Shown here: piece by piece, positions 47,401 through 56,955 of the stretch
How positions within the stretch are numbered: the first letter of the stretch is position 1
How the letters are laid out: each line of letters starts with the position of its first letter
Source: a virus
Lineage: Duplodnaviria > Caudoviricetes
Virus record (IMG/VR): IMGVR_UViG_3300027780_001348
Coordinates: 1 to 57,527 of that record
Direction: 5' to 3' (one strand)
DNA: 57,527 bases
Notes under the pieces: generated by a model
Seen by the model: the letters and a program-made list of their open reading frames with translations, nothing else
Told to the model about the DNA's origin: nothing
Databases searched by the model: none
Made by a program: the position numbers and the translations under genes

Positions 47401-47784
47401 ATGAATAACACAATTAATATCATTACGCCACCGGATGATATACAGTTAGACGCATTAAGAATACTTACATACGATCTAGCTCCAGAACAATCCCAACTAA
47501 TATCTGATGTATTATCTAACATCGACTCTCTTCCAAACATTATAATTTATGTTGCCAAAAGCGGCCAAGAGTGTGAATGGGTGGTTGACAAAAAACATAA
47601 AAGTAGTATAATTATAAGTAATGCACATTCACAAGATCAAACAATGTTTGGATATTTACTGGCACAGCAGAACAGCTACTATTTTGGACAAACTGGTTTG
47701 CAATTAGCAAACAAAAATGAGATTATGAATATTGAACAAATTAACAACATACTGGAGATAGCAATAAACACTTATGGCATATAA
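47401..47784 (+). CDS. hypothetical protein
   Basis: ITPPD motif. Confidence 0.75.
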   Translation: MNNTINIITPPDDIQLDALRILTYDLAPEQSQLISDVLSNIDSLPNIIIYVAKSGQECEWVVDKKHKSSIIISNAHSQDQTMFGYLLAQQNSYYFGQTGLQLANKNEIMNIEQINNILEIAINTYGI

Positions 47785-48091
47785 TAGAACCACAAAACAC
47801 CATCATACTAATACTAACAGAGATAGATTTCAAAAACCTAAGAGACAGTTTACACCTGATCCAGAGGGCTTGGCGGTAGCTGTAAGAGACGGTGAAGATG
47901 TCAATAAGGCTCTCCGTAGGTTAAAGAAAAAAATTGAACGTGACGGATTGTTTAATGAAATCCGTGAACGTCAGTACTACACTAAGCCTAGTGAAAAACG
48001 TAAGATCGCCAAAGCGGCGGCAAAGGCACGTTGGAAAAGAAAAGAACGTGAACTTGATCTAGGACCACAAAAGCAACCAAGACGCAAATAG
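47774..48091 (+). CDS. rpsU: 30S ribosomal protein bS21 with N-terminal extension
   Basis: V.VRDGE.V.KALRRLKKK...E.RERQYYTKPS.KR. Confidence 0.92.
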   Translation: MAYNRTTKHHHTNTNRDRFQKPKRQFTPDPEGLAVAVRDGEDVNKALRRLKKKIERDGLFNEIRERQYYTKPSEKRKIAKAAAKARWKRKERELDLGPQKQPRRK

Positions 48092-48162
48092 TTTCAACTT
48101 AAAGGTTGACATGTCTATAACTCCCTGTTATAATAAACTATATAAATTAGAAAGGCACACAC

Positions 48163-48744
48163 ATGAAAACAGACATTATGATCGATTTAGAAACGCTGGA
48201 TGTACTTCCAACGGCAACGGTACTAACAATTGGGGCCGTTAAGTTCGATCCGTTTGGTGACGATGTAAGGCAAAAGACAGCAGATAAATTTTATGTAAAA
48301 GTAGATATTGATAGCTGTGATGCACTAGGATTAACTACAACGCAGTCCACAATTGATTGGTGGGCTCAACAAAGCAAAGCAGCACAAGACGAAGCATTTA
48401 GTACAGACAACCGTATTCCTATTGCAGATGCAATGAATCAACTTTATAAATTTTGTTGGGGTGCTAAACGTGTATGGAGTCACGGTGCTAGTTTTGATGT
48501 TGTTATTTGTGAACATATTTTTCAAAAACTAGAAAAGATGTGTCCTTGGAATTTTTGGCAAGTGCGTGATACACGTACATTATTTGACATAGGAATCAAT
48601 CCACACCGTCCGCCTGTGTTAGCTCACCACGCATTAGAAGATGCATGGAATCAAGCAGTTGGTGTACAAAATGTACTTCGAACGTTGAGATCAAGTTCGA
48701 CTATTGAAGGCAAGTTTATACAGCCTTATGCAAATCAACATTAA
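48163..48744 (+). CDS. DEDDh 3'-5' exonuclease
   Basis: MIDLET, HGASFD, RDTRT, HHALEDA. Confidence 0.9.
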   Translation: MKTDIMIDLETLDVLPTATVLTIGAVKFDPFGDDVRQKTADKFYVKVDIDSCDALGLTTTQSTIDWWAQQSKAAQDEAFSTDNRIPIADAMNQLYKFCWGAKRVWSHGASFDVVICEHIFQKLEKMCPWNFWQVRDTRTLFDIGINPHRPPVLAHHALEDAWNQAVGVQNVLRTLRSSSTIEGKFIQPYANQH

Positions 48745-48755
48745 GGAGTAAATTA

Positions 48756-49916
48756 ATGCGGATCGAAGAAGATATGAAGTTAGATTATAAGGATGTATTG
48801 ATACGTCCTAAACGTAGCACACTAGGTTCACGCAAGGATGTAGATCTAGAACGTGGGTTCACTTTCCGTAACTACAAAGGACCACGTCCAATGCATAGAC
48901 ATTATCGTGGCATACCTATTATGGCAAGTAACATGGATGGTGTTGGTACATTTGAAATGGCAGACAAACTTGCAGAAGGCGGGATTTTTACTTGCTTGGT
49001 TAAAACATATAGTATCAAGGAACTTGTAGATTACTTTGATCAAGATGACAGATCACATGATCCTGCAAGGACAGAATATGTTGCTATGAGCATTGGTATT
49101 ACAGATGACGATCATAAAAAATTTAGAATGGTATACGAACAAGTTAACGATCGATTGAAGTATGTTTGTATTGATGTAGCAAACGGTTATAGTAGTCGCT
49201 TTAGAGATGTTGTTGCAGAGTTTAGAACACAATATCCAGACATTGTAATTATAGCAGGTAATGTAGTTACAGGCGAAATGACGGAGGAACTTATTCTTGC
49301 TGGAGCAGATATTGTTAAAGTGGGCATTGGCCCTGGTAGTGTATGCACAACACGTATACAAACAGGTGTTGGGTATCCTCAACTCTCAGCAGTTATTGAA
49401 TGTGCTGATGCTGCTCACGGTCTCGGAGGCCATATTATTGCTGATGGAGGTTGTACTTGTCCTGGTGATGTAGCCAAAGCATTTGCAGGCGGAGCAGACT
49501 TTGTGATGCTTGGCGGTATGCTGGCAGGACACGACGAAGGCGGTGGTGAAGTAATTACCAAACGCTATCAAACCAATGAAGTTTTGCCCTCAGGATATAT
49601 GGTTGGTGATACAGATGTCGGCGAAATTAAACTAAAAATTGAAGAAAAGCAGTTTGTGCAGTTCTACGGTATGAGTAGTGATGCAGCAAACACAAAGCAT
49701 TTTGGTGGACTTAAAGACTATCGTTCATCAGAAGGACGTGAAATACTTGTTCCTTTCAGGGGAGAAGTAGCACGTACAGTGCAAGATTTACTAGGCGGAT
49801 TGCGTAGTACTTGCACATACGCAGGTGCATTAAGGTTAAAACACCTTATGCGTTGCACAACATTTGTACGTTGTACTCAACAATTTAATAGTGTGTATGC
49901 GTCAAATGATAAATAA
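48756..49916 (+). CDS. guaC: GMP reductase
   Basis: [36 protein letters not shown]. Confidence 0.95.
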   Translation: MRIEEDMKLDYKDVLIRPKRSTLGSRKDVDLERGFTFRNYKGPRPMHRHYRGIPIMASNMDGVGTFEMADKLAEGGIFTCLVKTYSIKELVDYFDQDDRSHDPARTEYVAMSIGITDDDHKKFRMVYEQVNDRLKYVCIDVANGYSSRFRDVVAEFRTQYPDIVIIAGNVVTGEMTEELILAGADIVKVGIGPGSVCTTRIQTGVGYPQLSAVIECADAAHGLGGHIIADGGCTCPGDVAKAFAGGADFVMLGGMLAGHDEGGGEVITKRYQTNEVLPSGYMVGDTDVGEIKLKIEEKQFVQFYGMSSDAANTKHFGGLKDYRSSEGREILVPFRGEVARTVQDLLGGLRSTCTYAGALRLKHLMRCTTFVRCTQQFNSVYASNDK

Positions 49917-50004
49917 ATGTGTACAAAGGACGAACCGGAGTACATTTAACGGGATGCCGAAAGGATCCTAAATTTAATCTTGCTTAATAAAGGAGAAAAC
50001 TATG
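49915..50004 (+). promoter_or_regulatory. ROSE-like RNA thermometer upstream of hsp20
   Basis: Three hairpins; TCTTGCTT pairs with the AAGGAGA SD with a bulged G. Confidence 0.6.
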
Positions 50005-50454
50005 ACAAGAATAACAACTCTAGACCTACCACAATTCCACAGAGCTACAATCGGCTTTGACAGACTATTCAATGAACTCGAAAGAGGCTTTGCAAATAGT
50101 CCAAATGGAAATGGTTACCCTCCATACAACATCGCACAAGTCAACGAAGACGAGTATATGATCTCAGTCGCTGTGGCTGGCTTTAGTATGGACAATCTTG
50201 AGATTACCAAAGATGGTGATCAACTAAAGATTGAAGGAACTGCTCCGAAAGGAGACGAAGATGTAAACTACCTACACAAGGGTATCGGCGGACGTAACTT
50301 CCGCAGAGAGTTTACACTTGCTGACCATGTTAATGTTGAAGGCGCAACACTAGAACTAGGTATGCTTAATGTACACCTAAAGCGTGAAGTTCCAGAAGCA
50401 TTAAAACCTAAAACAATTAAGATCAAAGATGGTCTTACTATCGAAGGCAAGTAA
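50002..50454 (+). CDS. ibpA: small heat-shock protein (IbpA-like)
   Basis: IGFDRLF, YPPYNI, AVAGF, YLHKGI..R.F.R.F.LA, I.I tail. Confidence 0.95.
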   Translation: MTRITTLDLPQFHRATIGFDRLFNELERGFANSPNGNGYPPYNIAQVNEDEYMISVAVAGFSMDNLEITKDGDQLKIEGTAPKGDEDVNYLHKGIGGRNFRREFTLADHVNVEGATLELGMLNVHLKREVPEALKPKTIKIKDGLTIEGK

Positions 50455-50465
50455 CATCGTGTCTA

Positions 50466-50493
50466 GGGGGAGTGAAATACCTCCCCCGCTTTT
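50466..50493 (+). terminator. intrinsic terminator
   Basis: GGGGGAG...CTCCCCC followed by TTTT. Confidence 0.6.
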
Positions 50494-50516
50494 AAGAGTG
50501 TTAAGAGAGGGAAATA

Positions 50517-50822
50517 ATGAGTAATAAGACAGACGCAATTATTGATGAACGAGTTGAAATTGATGTAGAGATGCCTCGATTGTGGACCGTAGTATTCCTT
50601 AACGATGATGTAACACCTATGGAATTAGTAATTGATATTCTTCTTAGTGTATTTAAAATGGAAAAAGAACAAGCAAAAAAGAAAACACTAGAAATACACA
50701 ATTTTGGTGCTGCTGTTATGGGACCATATCCGTTTGAAATTGCAGAAGAAAGAGCATTGCAATCAACTAAAATTGCTAGAAAATTTGGATCTCCACTTAG
50801 AGTTACTATAGAAGAACAATAA
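50517..50822 (+). CDS. clpS: ClpS N-degron adaptor
   Basis: VVFLNDDVTPMELV, LEIHNFG, EIAE, PL. Confidence 0.9.
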   Translation: MSNKTDAIIDERVEIDVEMPRLWTVVFLNDDVTPMELVIDILLSVFKMEKEQAKKKTLEIHNFGAAVMGPYPFEIAEERALQSTKIARKFGSPLRVTIEEQ

Positions 50823-50857
50823 GATAACTACTGTTATAATTAATACTGAGGTGCCAA

Positions 50858-51403
50858 ATGAGCTTAAAAGAACTAACAAAAGAAAATCACACTAACGCTG
50901 AACGACAAGAATTTGTAAAAGTTATGTTCGGTGGAAACATTGAACCTGAGTTTTATGCATTGTATTTGTGGAATCAATTTCCAGCATACGAGCTATTAGA
51001 ACTTATGGGCCAACAACATAGTTTGTTTGACGATGTACCACAACTAATAAGGTCTAAAGCTATTATGGCAGACTTCTTAGAGCTTTGGAAACACGAAGAT
51101 CGTCCTCCAACACTTAAAACAACTCACAAGTATGTGATGTATCTAAAAGAGATCATGAATGATCCAAATAGACTTATGGCACACATCTATGTTAGACACA
51201 TGGGCGACCTGAGTGGCGGTCAAATGATTGCTAAACGTGTACCAGGTGAAGGCAACATGTATAAATTTGATTGTGACATTAACGATTATAAAGAAAAGAT
51301 TAGAGCTAAATGTAACGACAACATGGCAGACGAAGCTAAGGTATGTTTTGATTTTGCCACTGAACTATTCAAAGAATTGATGGAGCATAAAAAGGGTGAG
51401 TGA
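50858..51403 (+). CDS. hemO: heme oxygenase (biliverdin-producing)
   Basis: LKELT...H..AE (proximal His); HIYVRHMGDLSGGQ. Confidence 0.92.
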   Translation: MSLKELTKENHTNAERQEFVKVMFGGNIEPEFYALYLWNQFPAYELLELMGQQHSLFDDVPQLIRSKAIMADFLELWKHEDRPPTLKTTHKYVMYLKEIMNDPNRLMAHIYVRHMGDLSGGQMIAKRVPGEGNMYKFDCDINDYKEKIRAKCNDNMADEAKVCFDFATELFKELMEHKKGE

Positions 51404-52091
51404 AAGTGTAATTTGGGATCGTTTAATCGATTGTAAGAATGAAATTATTAATATATTTAATGAGAACGCTGTAGAGTTTGACGAGCCAGGATTAGCACAC
51501 TTTAACAACGACACTTGGGTTAACAGAGTTTGGAAAAACGATCATGTGCGTAGAGCGCATATTGATGTAGTAGATGCTCGTGAGTCTAAAGGCTTGTGGA
51601 TGATGCATGTATGTGTGTTTCCTGTACTAACTAATGACGGTCCTATATACGGCTTTGATGTTATTTCAGGTAAGCGTAAGATGACTGGTGCATTCCATGA
51701 CTTTAGTGCTAGTAGTGGCGGTGAAGACCATCCTATGATAGAAGGCTACAAAGAAGCAGTAGCAGAATTTATTCCTAGCAAAAAACGTGCATTGCCTGAA
51801 TGGGCTACAAATATTTTTACTGACAGTATGATCGCTGCTGGTAACGTTGCTAGTGAAGAAGAAGCAACTGCAATTGTTGATCTAGCATTAGATAACCTAC
51901 GTGCATATTTTTCTGAAATTAAAGAGTTTACAGGCTATGCAGATCCAGCCATTACAGCAGGATGCCAAAACTATTATTGTCACAACCAGCAACAAAATCC
52001 CCACACACCACGTACTATGAAAAGCCTAGGTCTTAACGAAGCTGATGTAGACAAGTTTTGCACAGATATGTTATTTCCAAAACTAGGATAA
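51396..52091 (+). CDS. pcyX: ferredoxin-dependent bilin reductase (PcyX-like)
   Basis: RRAHIDVVD...LWMMHVC.FP, PIYGFD, AFHDFS, LPEWA, Q..NPHT; directly after the heme oxygenase. Confidence 0.85.
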   Translation: MSESVIWDRLIDCKNEIINIFNENAVEFDEPGLAHFNNDTWVNRVWKNDHVRRAHIDVVDARESKGLWMMHVCVFPVLTNDGPIYGFDVISGKRKMTGAFHDFSASSGGEDHPMIEGYKEAVAEFIPSKKRALPEWATNIFTDSMIAAGNVASEEEATAIVDLALDNLRAYFSEIKEFTGYADPAITAGCQNYYCHNQQQNPHTPRTMKSLGLNEADVDKFCTDMLFPKLG

Positions 52092-52099
52092 ATAATAGT

Positions 52100-53194
52100 A
52101 TGAGAGCATTTGAATTTTTAATTGAAGTTACTGATAGCGAAGATCTGCGAGATAGTCCAGATCTTGAAAATCTTAAATCCAGCTTGGCAAGTAAGATTAA
52201 AGAACTTCCTACTGATCCACAAACACAAAAAGTCTTACAAGAAATTGAAGAACTGCTGCAAAGCATTGGTGCTGGTAGTCGTGTAGAAATGGTTAAACAG
52301 TCGCTGGCAACAATTGCTGATGCTGAAGTAAACAAAGCACAAAAGCTCTTAGCAAAATACTTTATGAGTTTAGAAGCTGATCCTAAAGATAAACAAGCAA
52401 TGTTAACTGCTTGGAAGAATGATCAGTTAGTTGATGTTAAAAAACTTGTAACACCAGGCGCCCACACTGTTGAAGATATTATTGTTGGATATAACGCTAA
52501 CCCTGCTATTAAAGAAATGACAGACGATCTTGCTCAGATCTCGTTCTTAGGGCAAGGTAAAGGTGAGTTCCTACTTTCAGTGTTTAGTAAGAAGATTGGC
52601 AAAGCAGGCAAAGGTGATTTAAATATTGAAGGCGTTGGCAGTGTTGAAGTAAAAACTAGAGAAGGTGGAGCAGGACGTTTCCATGATCAACAAGTTAAAC
52701 CTACATCAAACTATGTTCCAGCTGCAAACTTTTTTAAGAAAACATTCGATGTTGAAATTAAAGAACAAAAAGTTGAATCAGGTACAGGAATTAGTATTGC
52801 AGGATTAATTAAATTAGCCTCAGCTATACCACCAGAGTCTAAGCAAAAGATGAAACAGCTACTTACTCCTGTAATGAAAGAAATCTTTCCAGCGTTACCA
52901 AATGCAGCAGGCCCAATAGTTGATGCAATTATGATGGGCAATACCGGTCAAGCAAAACAGCGTTATGCTGTAGCAAACTTAGAAAATTATATTAATGTTA
53001 AAGTAGAAGATGTAGGTATCTTAATGATTGATTTAACGAAAAATCCTTATACATTAATCTTCTTTACTGATAATGCTTCGCTTAATAAAGGCGGGCTAAG
53101 ATTGCACTCAAGTACAGCGTATCCAATTAGTGGCGAGTATAGGAACATTTATCCTCAAACACATATTGAGACTACAAGCCGTCCTCAAGAATAG
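52100..53194 (+). CDS. putative virion-internal protein with PD-(D/E)xK-like motif
   Basis: MRAFEFLIE N-terminus; GKGE...GDL...VEVK. Confidence 0.65.
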   Translation: MRAFEFLIEVTDSEDLRDSPDLENLKSSLASKIKELPTDPQTQKVLQEIEELLQSIGAGSRVEMVKQSLATIADAEVNKAQKLLAKYFMSLEADPKDKQAMLTAWKNDQLVDVKKLVTPGAHTVEDIIVGYNANPAIKEMTDDLAQISFLGQGKGEFLLSVFSKKIGKAGKGDLNIEGVGSVEVKTREGGAGRFHDQQVKPTSNYVPAANFFKKTFDVEIKEQKVESGTGISIAGLIKLASAIPPESKQKMKQLLTPVMKEIFPALPNAAGPIVDAIMMGNTGQAKQRYAVANLENYINVKVEDVGILMIDLTKNPYTLIFFTDNASLNKGGLRLHSSTAYPISGEYRNIYPQTHIETTSRPQE

Positions 53195-53437
53195 CTAACA
53201 TACACGTACTAAATTATATTTTTTTATTTTAGCAATTAAATTAGTTCTACCGATACCTAATTCTTTAGCTGCTCTAGATTGATTCCAGTCATGGTAATCA
53301 AGAGCTTGTATTAAGCGACTAGTTTCAAATAATTCCATTTCAGCTGTTAGTGTGCTTGGTGCGCCATTGTCGTTTGCTGCGGGGAAATGCTCTTCTAGCA
53401 TGTTCCAAATGGCGTCTTGTTCGTTCTGATAAGACAT
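53195..53437 (-). CDS. stand-alone Fis/NtrC-type HTH protein
   Basis: E...LIQAL...WNQSRAAKELGIGRTNL..KIKKY. Confidence 0.85.
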   Translation of the reverse strand: MSYQNEQDAIWNMLEEHFPAANDNGAPSTLTAEMELFETSRLIQALDYHDWNQSRAAKELGIGRTNLIAKIKKYNLVRVC

Positions 53438-53509
53438 GTTTATTCCTTTGCTACTAGTATTTATTTGTTACGACACGTAACTTAAAAAAATGTTGAGTTA
53501 TAAGGGCTG

Positions 53510-53529
53510 GGTGTAAATATTTTTACACC
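53510..53529. promoter_or_regulatory. dyad operator GGTGTAAA-N4-TTTACACC
   Basis: Perfect 8-bp inverted repeat between divergent genes. Confidence 0.6.
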
Positions 53530-53617
53530 AGAAAAGATAAATATGTATGTAGTTAGAAAGAAATCAAATACTTCGGTTAAATACTGATGTATTTCCTAAT
53601 AACTGCAGGAGCGATTT

Positions 53618-54076
53618 ATGAAACAAGGTATATTTAAAATATTTCTTTTAGGTGTGTTGGCGACAGCATCTGCCGCACATGGCGGTGACGAAGTCTTCAC
53701 ATTTAAAAATCCCTCTTTTAGTGGCCTAGGTTATTCAACCCATGTACTTAGTATTGAACAGTTACAGTTCACACGTAAACAAGATATTAAGGAACAAGCG
53801 GACGCCGATGCAGCCAAAGCGAAAAGAGAAGCAGAGTCAACTAACTTGGCTAAGTTTCTTAACAACGTTGAGTCAAGAATATATGCACAATTATCCAAGC
53901 AGATGGTTGATAATATGTTCGCTGACAATGGTGCATTATCTGGCACTGCCGAAATAGAAGGGGCCACTATATACTGGCTCAAGGATGTATCAGCTGATAC
54001 TATCTCTATTACAATTACTGAAGAAGACGGCAGTGTTACAACCATAACGGTACCACTACAAGGATTTGGATTTTGA
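53618..54076 (+). CDS. csgF: curli assembly protein CsgF-like
   Basis: Signal peptide; FKNPSFSG; terminal I.I...DG..T.I.VP. Confidence 0.85.
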   Translation: MKQGIFKIFLLGVLATASAAHGGDEVFTFKNPSFSGLGYSTHVLSIEQLQFTRKQDIKEQADADAAKAKREAESTNLAKFLNNVESRIYAQLSKQMVDNMFADNGALSGTAEIEGATIYWLKDVSADTISITITEEDGSVTTITVPLQGFGF

Positions 54077-55101
54077 TCAAGAATGTTATGTTTAAAAATA
54101 TATTGGTACTATTGTTTGGCATAGCATTACAAGGTTGTGCTGCAACCTATACTAAACAAGACTGGTCTGCACCCGTTGCAGCAGTTAGCCCGTACCAAAG
54201 TGTTCTTGACACGGTTCCACCAATTGATGGGCCGAAGATCACTATAGCTGTTTATAGTTTCATAGATAAAACAGGGCAACGTAAGCCAAACGATTCTTTT
54301 AGCCAACTTAGCAGTGCGGTTACACAAGGATCAGAAGTTTGGGTTATTAATGCTTTGAAAGAAGTAGGTGGAGGAACTTGGTTTACAGTAGTAGAGCGTG
54401 TAGGTTTAGATAATCTAGTAAAAGAAAGACAGTTGATAAGAAGTACTAGAGAAGTTTATGAAACAAATCCTACAGATCTTAAGCCAATGACGTTTGCAGG
54501 TTTGTTATTAGAAGGTGCAGTAGTTGGGTATGATTCTAATATTGAAAGCGGAGGAGCAGGTGCTAGATACTTTGGCATTGGCGGGCAAACTAGTTATAGA
54601 ACGGACCAAGTCACTGTAGCAATGCGAATCATTAGTACGCAAACAGGAGAGATACTTTTAACTGTTGCAACTGAGAAAAAGATCGCAAGTTATAGTAGTG
54701 GAGGCGATGTATTTCGTTTCTTAGATATGGGCACAAAGGCACTAGAAGTAGAAATAGGCGCAGCAGTAAATGAACCGACTAATTATGCAGTTAGAACAGC
54801 GATAGAAGCTGCAATAGTCGAATTGATTAACAAAGGAAGAAAACAAAAACTTTGGGACTTCGTGAAAGAGAACGTAGAAGTAGAGATGACAATACCGACA
54901 TCAAAACCTACAGTAGATCAACGCAGTGATGCAATAATTAAATTACCAGAACCGGAATTTAAACTAGCATTTCCAGGCGTAACAGATTACTATTGTAATA
55001 AAGATGACATGTGTTGGCATGATGACCCGAAAATTAAACAATTGTCCACTATGATTGGACAAGGGAGCGAAAATGAAAATAAAGACCCTACTAGCAAGTA
55101 G
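54073..55101 (+). CDS. csgG: curli secretion channel CsgG-like lipoprotein
   Basis: LQGC lipobox; AVY.F.DKTGQRK, SAVTQG, WF.VVER.GL.NL.KERQ.IR. Confidence 0.93.
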   Translation: MIKNVMFKNILVLLFGIALQGCAATYTKQDWSAPVAAVSPYQSVLDTVPPIDGPKITIAVYSFIDKTGQRKPNDSFSQLSSAVTQGSEVWVINALKEVGGGTWFTVVERVGLDNLVKERQLIRSTREVYETNPTDLKPMTFAGLLLEGAVVGYDSNIESGGAGARYFGIGGQTSYRTDQVTVAMRIISTQTGEILLTVATEKKIASYSSGGDVFRFLDMGTKALEVEIGAAVNEPTNYAVRTAIEAAIVELINKGRKQKLWDFVKENVEVEMTIPTSKPTVDQRSDAIIKLPEPEFKLAFPGVTDYYCNKDDMCWHDDPKIKQLSTMIGQGSENENKDPTSK

Positions 55102-55843
55102 TCTTTTAATGTTTGGTTTTGGATTAGGAACTCTGCCGGTGTTCGCGAATGACATATACATTCAACAGTCAGGTAACGATCTAGATCTAGACGTAACACA
55201 AGATGGTACTAATAACATACTTGGTACAACTACACAAGGAGTGATCCTTGCAGGAAACAACATGACCTTCTCCGTGGTACAACAAGGAGATACTAATATA
55301 ATCAAAACTCAGATCAATGGTAATACATATACGGGTAACATTAATCTAGTTGGTAACAGCAACACAGTTGATTTGGACTGTGATAGCACTGGTGGAACCA
55401 ACTGTGAAACTGTAAGTTTAAGTATTGATGTAACTGGTAGTTCAGTTGACCTAACAGCAACCATTGGTGATAATAACGATGCTGCTAACTATGTAGGTAC
55501 TATTGATATTGCGAACGCAAGTAACCAAGATACTTTTATCTTTATCCTTGAAGCTGCAAATGGCGACATGGATTACGATTTAAGCAACGATGGTTCAACT
55601 GCACTTACTGGAGTAGGAATAGGTGGTACTACAAACACTGCATCCTCAGTAGAAAGTGGAGTTGCTAATACTGTAAACGTTACACAGTCAGGAGCTGGTG
55701 ATATTAACGGACATAGTTTACTTTTTAATCAGAAGGGTGGTGGTAGTATAGTAAACATTACGCAAACAGGGGTTGAAGATAAAACTATTAGTTTAACGAC
55801 TGTTGGCAACGATGCAACTATAGACATTACGCAGACTGACTAA
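55073..55843 (+). CDS. curlin-repeat-like exported protein
   Basis: Signal peptide; I.Q.G..N repeats. Confidence 0.7.
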   Translation: MKIKTLLASSLLMFGFGLGTLPVFANDIYIQQSGNDLDLDVTQDGTNNILGTTTQGVILAGNNMTFSVVQQGDTNIIKTQINGNTYTGNINLVGNSNTVDLDCDSTGGTNCETVSLSIDVTGSSVDLTATIGDNNDAANYVGTIDIANASNQDTFIFILEAANGDMDYDLSNDGSTALTGVGIGGTTNTASSVESGVANTVNVTQSGAGDINGHSLLFNQKGGGSIVNITQTGVEDKTISLTTVGNDATIDITQTD

Positions 55844-56955
55844 TGTTGTTACGTTGGGTTTTCTTATGTATAATTGTGATCTCTCCAGCGAGGGCTGCTG
55901 CTGATAGTATTGGTTCAGTAACTCAACAAGTTGGTAACACTATTATTGAGAGAAAGGCTGGCGAATCACTGAAAGCACAAAAAGGTAGTGATGTAGTAAG
56001 TTATGACACTATCAAGACAGGCCAAGGTAAGACTGCTATTCAGTTTCTAGATGAAACTCGAGTTGATGTAACACAAAACAGTAAACTAATAATTGATGAG
56101 TTTGTGTATGATCCAGTTACTTCAACAGGTAAACTAGCATTAAAAGCATCATTCGGAACTATACGTTACGCCTCAGGACAAATTGCTAAAAACAGCAGGC
56201 AAGACATAAAGATTTCAACACCGACAGCTAGTATTGGTGTTCGTGGAACAGACTTTACTATGACAGTAGACGAAACTGGTTCTTCAACTATTGTCTTACT
56301 TCCAAGTTGTTCTGCAATTGGAGTAAAGCGTATATGCGTGGTAGGCGAAATTGAAGTAACATCAGACATTGGCACGGTAATACTTAATCAAGCGTTCCAA
56401 GCAACTGTTGTAGACACACCTAAGAGTAACCCTTTGAAGCCGATTATTATTGACATTAATGAACGATTGATAGATAACTTGTTAATCATACGTAAGCCCA
56501 AAGCACTTAAACTAGAACTAGAAATAGAAAGAGCCAAAGACTTAGCAGACTTTTTAGGATTTGATTATTTAGAATTTGACGGATTGGATATTAACTATCT
56601 AGATGAACAAACTACAGACATTTGGCAAACAGGCTTAGACATGAACTATTTAGATCAAAACTTTTTAGCAAACGTACTTGATCAACTTAACGAAATGTTA
56701 GCAATGGTGTTAAGTGGAGCATTGAATCAAAAGTCTGGAAAACTTACTTACGGAAAAGATCCAGTAACAGGAATTGAAATTTACAACCAAACACCAAGTT
56801 GGTTATTTAAAAGAGACAGTGGCACAGGCATGACAGTTGAACTATTATTAGATCAACAAAATGGTTATAACATTAATCTACAACAATCAGATTTTGAATT
56901 TAGAGAATTTCAACTAGGTGACGGGAGCAACGAAATTGATATCATTCAAAAATAA
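55843..56955 (+). CDS. FecR-domain protein
   Basis: D.I.T, F.D.T, TPTA.IGVRGT.F. Confidence 0.85.
   Translation: MLLRWVFLCIIVISPARAAADSIGSVTQQVGNTIIERKAGESLKAQKGSDVVSYDTIKTGQGKTAIQFLDETRVDVTQNSKLIIDEFVYDPVTSTGKLALKASFGTIRYASGQIAKNSRQDIKISTPTASIGVRGTDFTMTVDETGSSTIVLLPSCSAIGVKRICVVGEIEVTSDIGTVILNQAFQATVVDTPKSNPLKPIIIDINERLIDNLLIIRKPKALKLELEIERAKDLADFLGFDYLEFDGLDINYLDEQTTDIWQTGLDMNYLDQNFLANVLDQLNEMLAMVLSGALNQKSGKLTYGKDPVTGIEIYNQTPSWLFKRDSGTGMTVELLLDQQNGYNINLQQSDFEFREFQLGDGSNEIDIIQK

Noticed and set aside
5173-56375. Numerous short antisense ORFs inside metK, ligase, prs, nrdA, csgG and others
   Set aside because: They are shadow frames of well-supported genes, with no RBS or motifs.
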